Source: Candidatus Bathyarchaeia archaeon (lineage in GTDB: Archaea; Thermoproteota; Bathyarchaeia; Bathyarchaeales; Bathycorpusculaceae). Taken from it: a stretch of 64,000 bases of DNA. The DNA is taken from assembly GCA_038727135.1 (NCBI GenBank), contig JAVYWL010000001.1, positions 1-64,000 of the forward strand, in the 5' to 3' direction. A program made the position numbers and the translations under genes. Of the stretch, positions 19,796 to 29,400 are shown piece after piece; the first letter of the stretch is position 1, and each line of letters starts with the position of its first letter. Below the pieces are notes generated by a model, which saw only the letters and a list, made by a program, of their open reading frames with translations, did no database searches and was not told the DNA's origin.

Positions 19796-20078
19796 ATGTT
19801 TTGCCTTCTCGGCTGGCGTTAAAATGGTTAAAGGGTTTGTTGTTTATAAACGGTTAAGGTCTTTTAGGCTAGACTAGTGGTCTGGTTTTAGGTTTCTGTT
19901 ATAGTCTTTTGGTCTAGATTATTGTTTCATGGGGGTTTATATGGAGTGGCATTAAACATATTGTTTGGTTAGGCGTTCTGGCCGGCTATATACTGGTTGG
20001 GCCGCGCGGCCTAGCCCGTGCCGAGGGAGGGGCACGTTAAATATACCCAAAAGAGGAGAAGGAGAGTGATGCGGTAAA

Positions 20079-20831
20079 ATGGATACTAAGAAGTTGGCTG
20101 CAACATTTGCAATATTGATGATTGCTTTAAGCGTGGCTGGTTTTGTTTATGCGGCTTGGCGGGACTACGTTTACATTGAGGGCACAGTGCACATGGGTGA
20201 ATTCATAGTTGGGATTTACGCGGGGAGCCCCACCGACTTAACGGCACCAATCACTGTTGTTGAGACAACTAATGGTTATCCTGAAGGCGAGAAGGGACAT
20301 GATTTTGTGCCGAAGCCTTGGGTTGCAAACACCACAGTGACTTTATCCAAGCTTGAGACTAGTAAGCATCATGAGCCTCCGCAGACTGTTGCTCATGTTA
20401 TGGATATACTCATTGAGAATGCTTATCCGCAGTATGACGTTCACATAAGCGGCAAGTTGAAGAATGCTGGAACTATACCTGCAAAGGCTACGTTGTGCGT
20501 TTTCAGAGGGTATGACAAAACAGACGATGAAGACTTGCGATTGGAAGGCATGTGGGTCTGGAACGAAAGCGAAAGCGTTTGGGTGTTTGATGGTAAAATC
20601 TGGGACAACGGCGCTGACAATCAATGGGACACTAACGATGATGTTGTGATAATTAATCTGAAGATGATTATTAAGGCGCCAGAAGACATGCAACTTGAAC
20701 CATGCCATGAATACCCATTCACAATAGACATAGACTTTAAGCAAGAGGCAGAAGAATGCCACACATACACATTCAGCGCAGGCTTCGAATTCATACAATG
20801 GAACAAGTATGGCATACCAGAACAAGATTAG
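20079..20831 (+). CDS. TasA/bundling-pilin-like secreted protein 1
   Basis: SipW-class signal (GFVYA|AWRD...MG), NAYP, NAGTIP, C-terminal QWN. Confidence 0.75.
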   Translation: MDTKKLAATFAILMIALSVAGFVYAAWRDYVYIEGTVHMGEFIVGIYAGSPTDLTAPITVVETTNGYPEGEKGHDFVPKPWVANTTVTLSKLETSKHHEPPQTVAHVMDILIENAYPQYDVHISGKLKNAGTIPAKATLCVFRGYDKTDDEDLRLEGMWVWNESESVWVFDGKIWDNGADNQWDTNDDVVIINLKMIIKAPEDMQLEPCHEYPFTIDIDFKQEAEECHTYTFSAGFEFIQWNKYGIPEQD

Positions 20832-20856
20832 CTTCCATAATCAAAGGTGACCTGAA

Positions 20857-21564
20857 ATGGACAAGAAGAAATTATCTGCAATAGCACTCATAATGGCTAT
20901 AGCGCTAAGCGCCTTCGGATTCGTATACGCAGCATGGAAAGACTACATATACATCGAAGGAACAATCAAAATGGGAAGCCTAACATTAGCATTCGACTAC
21001 TTTGAACCACCAAAAAGCATCGAATATTGGCTTAACCATACATCAGGCCAATTAGTGGAAGGTGAGTTTGAGGGAAAAGACGTTGGATATTGCAGCTCCT
21101 CTTACAAAGACTTGATTACAGATCCACACACCGGAAAGAAGGGCTATAAAACTCTCGTAATACTCGTGGAAAACGCGTATCCACAATACTATGTACACAC
21201 AACATTCGTACTACACAACATAGGAACGGTGCCAATCGACATAGCAAAATATGAGATAACAGGCGAAAAGAAAGACAAAAATGGAACCCTAATATACAAT
21301 CTACTATGGTACGACCCTGACGGAGACTACATTGGTAGCCTATACGAAGATGTGAACAATAACGGAAAAGTGGATGACGGAGACATCGAGGTAATTAACC
21401 TGAAAATAACAAACAAACTACCTTACCAAATTGACCCATGCAATGTAAACAAGGCAGAAATAGATATGGACTTTAAGCAAGCAGCGGAAGAATGCCACAC
21501 ATACCTCATACACGTCAGAGTAGTCGGCATCCAATGGAACAAAGTAGCAGAAGTTACAAAATAG
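20857..21564 (+). CDS. TasA/bundling-pilin-like secreted protein 2
   Basis: GFVYA|AWKD...MGSL, NAYP, NIGTVP, DVNNNGKVDDGD loop, QWN. Confidence 0.78.
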   Translation: MDKKKLSAIALIMAIALSAFGFVYAAWKDYIYIEGTIKMGSLTLAFDYFEPPKSIEYWLNHTSGQLVEGEFEGKDVGYCSSSYKDLITDPHTGKKGYKTLVILVENAYPQYYVHTTFVLHNIGTVPIDIAKYEITGEKKDKNGTLIYNLLWYDPDGDYIGSLYEDVNNNGKVDDGDIEVINLKITNKLPYQIDPCNVNKAEIDMDFKQAAEECHTYLIHVRVVGIQWNKVAEVTK

Positions 21565-21627
21565 AAACATATCTCGAATACAAACTCATCCCCATTTTTA
21601 CTTGTAAATAAAATATTTGCGTAGTGG

Positions 21628-22956
21628 ATGGAGAATATGAGTCGTAATCCGTACATAATCCTCGCGTTATTCTTATTCATCAGCATAATTCTAACCCTAT
21701 ACCATCCGGGAGGATTATTAGCCTACATCATCCCTACAATATGCTGGGCAACCCTAGCCACCGCAACCTTGATCCTAACAAATGGGACGGAAATTCGCCA
21801 ATGGACAAATAAAAGAACCGTGCAGATGGCTGTGCTTGTGGCTGTCCTCCAGATATTCCTCTTGATAGACGCAGGCCTAATAACAAAATTCGGAAAAAGT
21901 CCCCTACTATTCACGCCGATAGGAATAGCAACAAACCTCATGTTGGTCTCTGCCACCCTACTCGGCACAGAACTATCAAGAGGCTACCTGACAAAAACCT
22001 TGAATAGAAAAAGACCAACTTTAACGCTTGCGGCAATAACCCTACTATACACATTTGCAAACACGTCTGTCCTAGCCCTAATAGAATTTAGAAACCCCCT
22101 ACTTTACGCCCAATACATGGGAGAAATCTTCCTACCAACCCTAGCAGAAAACCTTCTAGCCACATACCTAGCCCTAATAGGCGGACCGGTAGCCTCACTA
22201 GCCTATAGGGCTCCAATGCAAGCATTCTGGTGGTTCTCTCCAATCCTTCCAGACCTCCAATGGGGATATAAGTCCTTGATAGGTGTGATGGCGCCAACCA
22301 TAGGCTTCATAGCCATAAACACGGCGACAACCCAAAAAGACCTGACGAAAGCAGGAATACCAACAAAAAAGGAAACGGCAATAAAAACGAGAAAAAGCCA
22401 AAAATCCGTAAAAGGCTGGCTGCTCGTATCCGTCTTCCTAGTTCTAATGGTTTGGACTTCAACAGGACTCTTCGGATTCTACCCTACAATAGTGGCAAGC
22501 GGAAGCATGACACCAACAATGGAGGTAGGCGACATAGCTATAGCAGTATCCATAGACCCCAACAAGATACAAGTAGGAGACATAATCCAATACTGGCAAC
22601 GGGGCGAAATGACACTCCATAGAGTCATAGAAATTCGCAAAACGGAAACAGGAAAAGTGTTCATAACAAAAGGAGACGCCAACGCCGAACCAGATCCAGA
22701 CCCGGTTTACCCCAACCAAATAAAAGGAAAACTATTGTATATTATACCGAAACTGGGTTGGGTTAGCATATACCTAAAAGAGTTTGCTGCCAACGCCTAC
22801 AACTTCCTAACGGTTACGCTGCCAAAAGCAATAGTAGAAGGTAGCAAACTCCTACTGGCAAACAGTATTCCCATAACAGCCGCCCTAACCCTAACCGCAT
22901 ACGCTTACCTCTTACTCACATACCGTAAAACGACAAAAAGGGATGAAAATGAATAA
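21628..22956 (+). CDS. sipW: SipW-type signal peptidase I fused to a multi-TM domain
   Basis: VASGSMTPT...GD, LHRV, TKGDAN...PD (Ser/His dyad). Confidence 0.85.
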   Translation: MENMSRNPYIILALFLFISIILTLYHPGGLLAYIIPTICWATLATATLILTNGTEIRQWTNKRTVQMAVLVAVLQIFLLIDAGLITKFGKSPLLFTPIGIATNLMLVSATLLGTELSRGYLTKTLNRKRPTLTLAAITLLYTFANTSVLALIEFRNPLLYAQYMGEIFLPTLAENLLATYLALIGGPVASLAYRAPMQAFWWFSPILPDLQWGYKSLIGVMAPTIGFIAINTATTQKDLTKAGIPTKKETAIKTRKSQKSVKGWLLVSVFLVLMVWTSTGLFGFYPTIVASGSMTPTMEVGDIAIAVSIDPNKIQVGDIIQYWQRGEMTLHRVIEIRKTETGKVFITKGDANAEPDPDPVYPNQIKGKLLYIIPKLGWVSIYLKEFAANAYNFLTVTLPKAIVEGSKLLLANSIPITAALTLTAYAYLLLTYRKTTKRDENE

Positions 22957-23545
22957 ACAAATAATAGCGGCGTTCGCAACCTTACTATTCATACTGGCAA
23001 TAACAGGCTACACATACACAGCATGGAAAGATTCCGTTGAAATACAAGCAACAGTAAAGATGGGACACAGAAAACTAATCATAGACTCTCACAAACTTCT
23101 CACACCAACAATACAAGGCTTCAATGAAACGCATCCAATCTACTATTATATTACCGCTGACCACCAATCACTAATTGCAGATTGCCAAAACGTCACAGGC
23201 AACTGGACAATAAAAATAGGATTAATCATCAAAAACAACGGAACACTACCCCTCCACCTCAAAGACATGTTGATAACTTTCAGCATACCAGAAATAAGCC
23301 AAAACTTCACAGTAACCACATATTACTACGGACCATTCGAACCTGGCTTCAACTTCAATCCCGACTACTGGAACGGAATAACCTTTGACCAAGTCCCACC
23401 CCCTGGCAACGTAACACCACCAATACCACTTGATCCCAATTATCACGCAATCACGTGGACTATAATCCAGTATGTAGGCGACCCTAACGCGCAAGGCATA
23501 GATATGCAGATAACAGTCACACCGACAGATGACCCGTACCCATAA
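22943..23545 (+). CDS. TasA-like secreted protein 3
   Basis: GYTYT|AWKD...VKMG, NNGTLP, LDP. Confidence 0.7.
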   Translation: MKMNKQIIAAFATLLFILAITGYTYTAWKDSVEIQATVKMGHRKLIIDSHKLLTPTIQGFNETHPIYYYITADHQSLIADCQNVTGNWTIKIGLIIKNNGTLPLHLKDMLITFSIPEISQNFTVTTYYYGPFEPGFNFNPDYWNGITFDQVPPPGNVTPPIPLDPNYHAITWTIIQYVGDPNAQGIDMQITVTPTDDPYP

Positions 23546-23558
23546 GGAGTGCCATAAA

Positions 23559-24455
23559 ATGAAAACCAAAATATTCGCCCTAATCGTTCTTGCCATAATA
23601 GCCCTAAGCCTAATAGGCTATAGCTATGCATGCTGGAACGGTTGCATACAAATAGACCGCTACTGCGGGTGCTACTGCGACGTTAAATTCACAAAAGTGA
23701 CAACCTACGACAATGAAGTTGAGAAGGATATTGGAAACGTATATGCCCAAATAACATGCGAAGGGAAAACAATAGACGTCATCTTAACAAACACCTACCC
23801 GTGCTATGAGGCCTACATAAACTTCACGATAAAAAACAAAGGCTGCAAACCAGCCCACATAGACGAAGTAAAAATCGAAGAATACAACAAAACAGCCCTA
23901 GAAATAGAATTAACTGGCATCATCGCGTGTACATGGATAAGCCCATGCGAAACGATGAAGGGCCAATTAATAGTTCATCCACTACAAGAAGCAGAGGAAT
24001 GCCACACATATACCTTCAAAATCGTAATAAAAATCTCATGCCAACCACTACTACGCCCACGCACAATAGGCTTCTGGAAAAACCAATTCGACAAAGCCCT
24101 ATCTAAAGCAGGTAAACCACAAATAGACCCAGAAACCCTTGAAAGCTATCTAGACAAAATAAGCGCCCAATCCTCAATCTACGAGTTCGTAGGCACACGT
24201 GGAGAAAAATTCCAAAACGCCTCAAAAATCCTCAGCTCGCCATGGTACTCAGACATGGAAGCAAAACTCAAAGCTCAACTTTTGGCATTGTGGCTAAACT
24301 ACGTAGCTGGATGGACTGAAGGCTATAAATACAAGGGCATGACTGCGTGGCAAATAATCCAAGGCTCAGAAAACGCCCTACTAAACAAACAAACATGGCG
24401 CTATGAATACTGGAAAAACATGTGTGACGGATTCAACAACCTAGGCGAAACATAA
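23559..24455 (+). CDS. TasA-like secreted protein 4 with extra C-terminal domain
   Basis: GYSYA|CW, NTYP, NKGCKP, QEAEECHTY, then RTIGFWKN...KAQLLALWLN. Confidence 0.7.
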   Translation: MKTKIFALIVLAIIALSLIGYSYACWNGCIQIDRYCGCYCDVKFTKVTTYDNEVEKDIGNVYAQITCEGKTIDVILTNTYPCYEAYINFTIKNKGCKPAHIDEVKIEEYNKTALEIELTGIIACTWISPCETMKGQLIVHPLQEAEECHTYTFKIVIKISCQPLLRPRTIGFWKNQFDKALSKAGKPQIDPETLESYLDKISAQSSIYEFVGTRGEKFQNASKILSSPWYSDMEAKLKAQLLALWLNYVAGWTEGYKYKGMTAWQIIQGSENALLNKQTWRYEYWKNMCDGFNNLGET

Positions 24456-24537
24456 AACGCTGCTCACCAAAAACTAGGGGGGCTGTCAATTTTGCAGTTC
24501 GCCACCAGCAACAAAATTGACAAATCCACAGCCGCTT

Positions 24538-25029
24538 TCATGGAAGAACAGCCAACAAAACCTCCACAATTCTCTTTGCCGCGGCCTCAACCTCCCCAGA
24601 CAAGCCTTCCCCAAAATCCGTGTTTTTAGGCTCTATCAATAGTAGGGCTATTTTAGCCCCTACCGTTTCGGCAAGGTAACCGCAGAAAACCCGAAGAGGA
24701 AGCATATGAGTCGAAATAGCCGGAAAGACCCGCAAGTGCTCGGGCTTGACAAGCCTACACTCGCCGGGCTCCAAACCCATAACAGCAGCATCAATAAGCA
24801 GAACATGTGAAGGCTTAAAATCAGCCATCTGCTGAAGGAAACTTTCAGGAACAGTCTCACACTCAATCAGCAAAACCTTCTCAGAAACTTTCCCATGCAA
24901 GTCGCGGACAACTTTAACGCCGACAAAATCATCCATACGGATAGGGTTGCCAATACCAGCAACAACAACCCTCTCTGCGCCGGAGAACCAATCCTTCAAC
25001 TTCTTCTCAAAAGAACCTTCCAACGACAA
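24538..25029 (-). CDS. hycI: Hydrogenase maturation protease
   Basis: GIGNPIRMDD, ETVPE, IDAA, STH. Confidence 0.9.
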   Translation of the reverse strand: MSLEGSFEKKLKDWFSGAERVVVAGIGNPIRMDDFVGVKVVRDLHGKVSEKVLLIECETVPESFLQQMADFKPSHVLLIDAAVMGLEPGECRLVKPEHLRVFPAISTHMLPLRVFCGYLAETVGAKIALLLIEPKNTDFGEGLSGEVEAAAKRIVEVLLAVLP

Positions 25030-25071
25030 AAGCTCTTCTCCAAAAATAAAAAGGAAGGAAAGGTGGAAGCT

Positions 25072-26526
25072 TTACCTCTGCACCGTCTTAACGAGTTTCC
25101 CTTCACTGTCGTAGATTTCCACAGTCAATGGCAACTGCCCAACAGCAAAGTGAGTAGCGCAACCAAAACATGGGTCATAAGCCCTAAAAGCCATCTCCAC
25201 CATGTTAAGCAAGCCTTGATCAACTTTGCCTCCATGAATCAAGCCCTTAGCCGCGTTCCTAACCGACATGTTAATCGAAGGAGCATTATTAACAGTAGCC
25301 ACAATCAGGTTGACATCCTTGATTAAAGCGTTCTCATCCAAAACATAATGGTGAATCAGCGTACCCCTAGCAGCCTCAACAACGCCAACGCCCTCGCCGG
25401 GCTTGCCAGGCTTATTCCTCACATTAGTGCTTGTTATTTCGGGGTCTTTAACAAGCTCAACAGCCCTCTCAGCCGCATACAAAAGTTCGATGAGCCTAGC
25501 CCAGTGATAAGCCAAAGTGGAGTGCACTGGTTTTCCGCCTAACGTCTTATACATGAGCTCATACTCCTCTTGGGCTAACGGCGTAGCCATGCCATCAGCA
25601 GCATTAAGCCTCCCCAAAGGACCAACACGGTAAATGCCACTTTCAAGACCGTCAACAAAGCCCTTCCAGCCAACCTTCTTCAAGTATGGCTGCTTCACAT
25701 AGGTCCATGGCTCCACCCGTTCGGCTATGTGCTCCAAATAATCCTTAGCCTCAAACTTTGCAAACTCCTTGCCGTTGGGGTCTACAACCCGTATTTTTCC
25801 GTCGTAAAAGTTCACCTTGTTATGCTCATCCACCAGACCCATATAATAGGTGCGCAGCGTGTAGGCGTCGCTCTTAATCAGCTCCACATACTTGGTGTTC
25901 TTCAAAACAATGTCGTGGAAAAGCTTCAAAGAAAACCTTGCAAAATCAACAGCTGAAGTAACCATCTTTTCAATTTCTTGGCGGTTCTCCTCGCTTAAAG
26001 GCTTAGATACCCCGCCCGGCAGCCCGCAGACCGGGTGAGTGGCTTTTCCACCAATCAACTCCACTATCCTCTGACCATAAGCCCTATGCTTAATAACCTC
26101 CTTGGCAACGTCCAAGCCAGCCTTCTCAATAACCCCAAGAATATTACGCTTTTCCGGCGGCGCGTCCGGACCGACAACAAAGTCTGGACCGCCCAAATAG
26201 TAGAAGTGTAATGTGTGATCGTAAATGTAGTAGCCACAGTACATGAGTTCGCGGAGTTTTTTGGCTGCTGACGGCGGCTCCACATTAAAGGCAGCATCCA
26301 AAGCCTTTGTCCCAGCCATGTGATGCGCCACTGGGCAGACACCGCAAATTCTGCTTGTTAAGAGCGGCATATCCTCGGCTTTCCGCCCAATACAGAACCT
26401 TTCAAAACCACGCAGCTCTGGGATCTGTAGGTAGGCGTTTTCCACCTCTCCGGCATCATTTAGGAATATGGCTATTTTACCGTGTCCCTCAAGCCTTGTG
26501 ATGGGGTCAATTATTATCTCTTTCAT
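25072..26526 (-). CDS. mvhA: [NiFe] hydrogenase large subunit (group 3c), copy 1
   Basis: TRLEGH, RICGVC, DPCFGCATH plus cleavable tail. Confidence 0.92.
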   Translation of the reverse strand: MKEIIIDPITRLEGHGKIAIFLNDAGEVENAYLQIPELRGFERFCIGRKAEDMPLLTSRICGVCPVAHHMAGTKALDAAFNVEPPSAAKKLRELMYCGYYIYDHTLHFYYLGGPDFVVGPDAPPEKRNILGVIEKAGLDVAKEVIKHRAYGQRIVELIGGKATHPVCGLPGGVSKPLSEENRQEIEKMVTSAVDFARFSLKLFHDIVLKNTKYVELIKSDAYTLRTYYMGLVDEHNKVNFYDGKIRVVDPNGKEFAKFEAKDYLEHIAERVEPWTYVKQPYLKKVGWKGFVDGLESGIYRVGPLGRLNAADGMATPLAQEEYELMYKTLGGKPVHSTLAYHWARLIELLYAAERAVELVKDPEITSTNVRNKPGKPGEGVGVVEAARGTLIHHYVLDENALIKDVNLIVATVNNAPSINMSVRNAAKGLIHGGKVDQGLLNMVEMAFRAYDPCFGCATHFAVGQLPLTVEIYDSEGKLVKTVQR

Positions 26527-27518
26527 TTGCGAATCACCTTCCTCCGCAAAATTGAAGCTGGCAAACCATACATGTAGAAGGTTCCAACAGGGTCCTTAAT
26601 CTGGTCTATAAGCTTTTCAACCTCCTCCTCAGTGTATTTCTCCTTCTCCTCCTCCAAGCCAAGAATCGAAGCCAAAGCGCTAATCATGGCAGCGCCTTGC
26701 TCCGGAGCATTTGGACATGGACCACCACAGCCGGTGCAGGGCATATCAGCCTTCAAGCATCTGGCGCTACAACCGCCCCTTGTGGCTGGTCCCATGCATA
26801 TAATGCCCTGCTCCAGTAGGCACCTTTCCGTGTCTGGAACCTTCTCGTAGACACGGTATATCCTCGATATCTTCTTATTCTCCTTCTTTTTTGGACACTC
26901 GTCGCAGACAGACTTTAAAGGCGCCAAAACAGAGCCTTTTGGCGGCAACTCGCCTTTAGCAATAGCTTCCAAGGCGAATATTGTGCGCTCCACCGCCGGC
27001 GGACAGCCAGGCACATAATAGTCAACATCCACTGTTTGGTCTAGGGTTCGCACGGTGTCATAGAACTCTGGAATTTCTAGCTCGCCTTCTTTAACATGCA
27101 CTTTCGGCTGTGGGAAAACTTTGTTGGGGTTGTCTGTTGAAAATGTTTTGGCGTAAACTTGTTCGAAGATTTCCTCTTTATTATGGAGGTTAGCCAGCCC
27201 GGGAACGCCGCCGAGATGGGCACAAGCACCATAAGCCACAAGAATCTTTGACTTCTGCCTTAAAAGTTTAGCCATATACTCTTGTTCGCTGTTTCGGATT
27301 CCACCATTAAAGAAGCAAACATCAATGTATTTGTCTGGCATGGCTTCAACATCTTTATACTTTATATCCATAGCAACAGGCCAAAACACAATGTCCGCGA
27401 TTTGCACCACATCCAAAATTTTTTCGTTGATGTCTAAGACGGCTATTTCGCAGCCGCCACAACTTGCCGCCCAGTAAAAGGCGAACTTCAATTTTTGTTT
27501 CGCCATATTCATATCCAC
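26523..27518 (-). CDS. mvhG: [NiFe] hydrogenase small subunit, copy 1
   Basis: ASCGGC, GACA, PGCPP, CMGPAT. Confidence 0.92.
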   Translation of the reverse strand: MDMNMAKQKLKFAFYWAASCGGCEIAVLDINEKILDVVQIADIVFWPVAMDIKYKDVEAMPDKYIDVCFFNGGIRNSEQEYMAKLLRQKSKILVAYGACAHLGGVPGLANLHNKEEIFEQVYAKTFSTDNPNKVFPQPKVHVKEGELEIPEFYDTVRTLDQTVDVDYYVPGCPPAVERTIFALEAIAKGELPPKGSVLAPLKSVCDECPKKKENKKISRIYRVYEKVPDTERCLLEQGIICMGPATRGGCSARCLKADMPCTGCGGPCPNAPEQGAAMISALASILGLEEEKEKYTEEEVEKLIDQIKDPVGTFYMYGLPASILRRKVIRK

Positions 27519-28397
27519 CTACTTAATTTGGCTCAATAATTCTGTTGGTTTTACCCTAAGCTCGTTTAGGGCTAGCTCTTCTGGCGAAAAGCCCATGGCT
27601 AATCCCAGTAGCTGTGGGTAGTGGAGGACTGGCAAATTGAATTTTTCGTTGAAGGCTCTCTCTATTCGGGGCTGGTTTAGGTCAAACATTATGTGACAGA
27701 AGGGACAAACAGTAATAAGTGCCTGAGCACCCACAGCCCTCACGTGGTCAAGTTTCTCTTTAGCCATTTGGAAGGGAACATCCTCATTTACGCCTATTAT
27801 CGGGTTTCCGCAGCACTCAGTCTCATCCATATAGTCTAGGCATTCGGCGCCCGTCAACCTAATCAACTCTTTAAGGGTTGTTGGGTTTTCTGGGTCATCC
27901 CGTCCAACATATTTGCGGGGTCTTAAAACGTGGCACCCGCTGTGTTGAGCTACACGGATACCAACCAGTGGCTTTTTGACGGCGTTCTTTATCTTCTCGT
28001 AGCCGACATCCTCTGAAAGCACGTAGATTAGGTGTTTAACTTCTATTGTGCCCTTAAACTCCATGCCAATTTCTTTCAAGTAGCCATTAATCTCGTCCCG
28101 GAGCTTCTTGTCCTCCTTTAGGATTTTGTTGGTTTCGTTTAGGCTGCAGAAGCACCCGTTGCACAGCGTCATTATAGGTAAGCCCACCTTTTCCGCTATG
28201 CAGAGGTTTCTCGCCGCCAAAGTCAACATCAGATCGTGATTTATAACGTCCATTGGGTAGCCGCAGCAGTTGTATTCTGGCATTTCAACAATTTCAACGC
28301 CAAGTTTTGCGAGAACTTTCCTGGCGGAAATTTCGTAGCTTGAAAGCCTATAGGGGATTACACAGCCCGGAAACAACAAATATTTTGAGTTGCTCAT
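27519..28397 (-). CDS. hdrB: Heterodisulfide reductase subunit B, copy 1
   Basis: Two CCG domains, HSGCH...RP, CPFC. Confidence 0.92.
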   Translation of the reverse strand: MSNSKYLLFPGCVIPYRLSSYEISARKVLAKLGVEIVEMPEYNCCGYPMDVINHDLMLTLAARNLCIAEKVGLPIMTLCNGCFCSLNETNKILKEDKKLRDEINGYLKEIGMEFKGTIEVKHLIYVLSEDVGYEKIKNAVKKPLVGIRVAQHSGCHVLRPRKYVGRDDPENPTTLKELIRLTGAECLDYMDETECCGNPIIGVNEDVPFQMAKEKLDHVRAVGAQALITVCPFCHIMFDLNQPRIERAFNEKFNLPVLHYPQLLGLAMGFSPEELALNELRVKPTELLSQIK

Positions 28398-28963
28398 TTA
28401 CTCTCCACCTTCGCAAAAGTTTGGACCTTTTCAAGCAAACCTGCGGAACCAGTAACCTCAAAAATCCTCATAACTTCTTTCACGTTTGGCTTCGGAAGTG
28501 GTGGAAGCCCCTGCTCAACCCGCTTTTGAAGCCTTGACTCGGGAATCTCATAGACAAAGCCACTTTTCATCAGATTTGTGGCTAACTCCTTGTAAACTAG
28601 TGGTAGAAGGTTTTTGTCCGCCACCGCCATGTTCCGCAAAACGCGAACTATACCAGCAATTTCCACACCTTGGGGACAGTGATCCACACATGTGAAGCAT
28701 GATGAGCAGAGCCACAAGGCTTTATCCAGTAAGAGCCTATCCTTCAAGCCTAGCTGAACCATGCGGGCTATTCGGCGTGGGCGGTAAAACTCACTGAATC
28801 TGGCGATTGGGCAGTCAGCTGTGCATGTTCCACATTGGAAGCAAACCATCACCTTTTCTGCGCCATGAATCTTGCTCATTTTATACTTGAACTTTGGGTC
28901 AAGCTCCTCAGCCTTAATCACTGGTGGAACGTATTCGCGGGCTTCGCTTTTTGTTTCGCTCAT
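28394..28963 (-). CDS. hdrC: Heterodisulfide reductase subunit C, copy 1
   Basis: [26 protein letters not shown]. Confidence 0.9.
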   Translation of the reverse strand: MSETKSEAREYVPPVIKAEELDPKFKYKMSKIHGAEKVMVCFQCGTCTADCPIARFSEFYRPRRIARMVQLGLKDRLLLDKALWLCSSCFTCVDHCPQGVEIAGIVRVLRNMAVADKNLLPLVYKELATNLMKSGFVYEIPESRLQKRVEQGLPPLPKPNVKEVMRIFEVTGSAGLLEKVQTFAKVESK

Positions 28964-29400
28964 TTCTTTTCCTCCATCATTTTTAACGGGTTTGGACCCA
29001 GCTTCTTAATCTGTTCAACCATGTCCCTTACTACGGCTGCGAATTTGTCTCCCTCGCTGGCGGAGACCCATTCCAGCCGCACACGTTCAGGTTCTATCCC
29101 AAAATCTTTGAGCACCTTCTTTAATAGCGTTACCCTTCTCAAAGCCTTAAAATTACCACTGAGATAGTGGCAGTCGGATGGCAGGTGGCAGCCAGCCACC
29201 AAAACGCCGTCAGCACCATTTTTTAGGGCTTCAAGGATGAAGGCTGGGTCTATTCTGCCACTGCACATGACGCGGATAACACGGATGTTTGGCGGGTATT
29301 GGATGCGGCTTACACCAGCCAAGTCAGCGCCTGCATAAGCACACCAGTTGCATAGGAAACCAACAATTTTCGGTTCAAAATCTTTTGAGGGTTCGCTCAT
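28960..29400 (-). CDS. mvhD: MvhD [2Fe-2S] subunit
   Basis: FLCNWC, MCSGR, GCH...DCHY, WVSASEG. Confidence 0.93.
   Translation of the reverse strand: MSEPSKDFEPKIVGFLCNWCAYAGADLAGVSRIQYPPNIRVIRVMCSGRIDPAFILEALKNGADGVLVAGCHLPSDCHYLSGNFKALRRVTLLKKVLKDFGIEPERVRLEWVSASEGDKFAAVVRDMVEQIKKLGPNPLKMMEEKK

Noticed and set aside
19386-19877. Several overlapping N/K/P-rich or L/F/V/C-rich ORFs
   Set aside because: By-products of the extreme GT skew; only 19391-19795 looks like a real protein.
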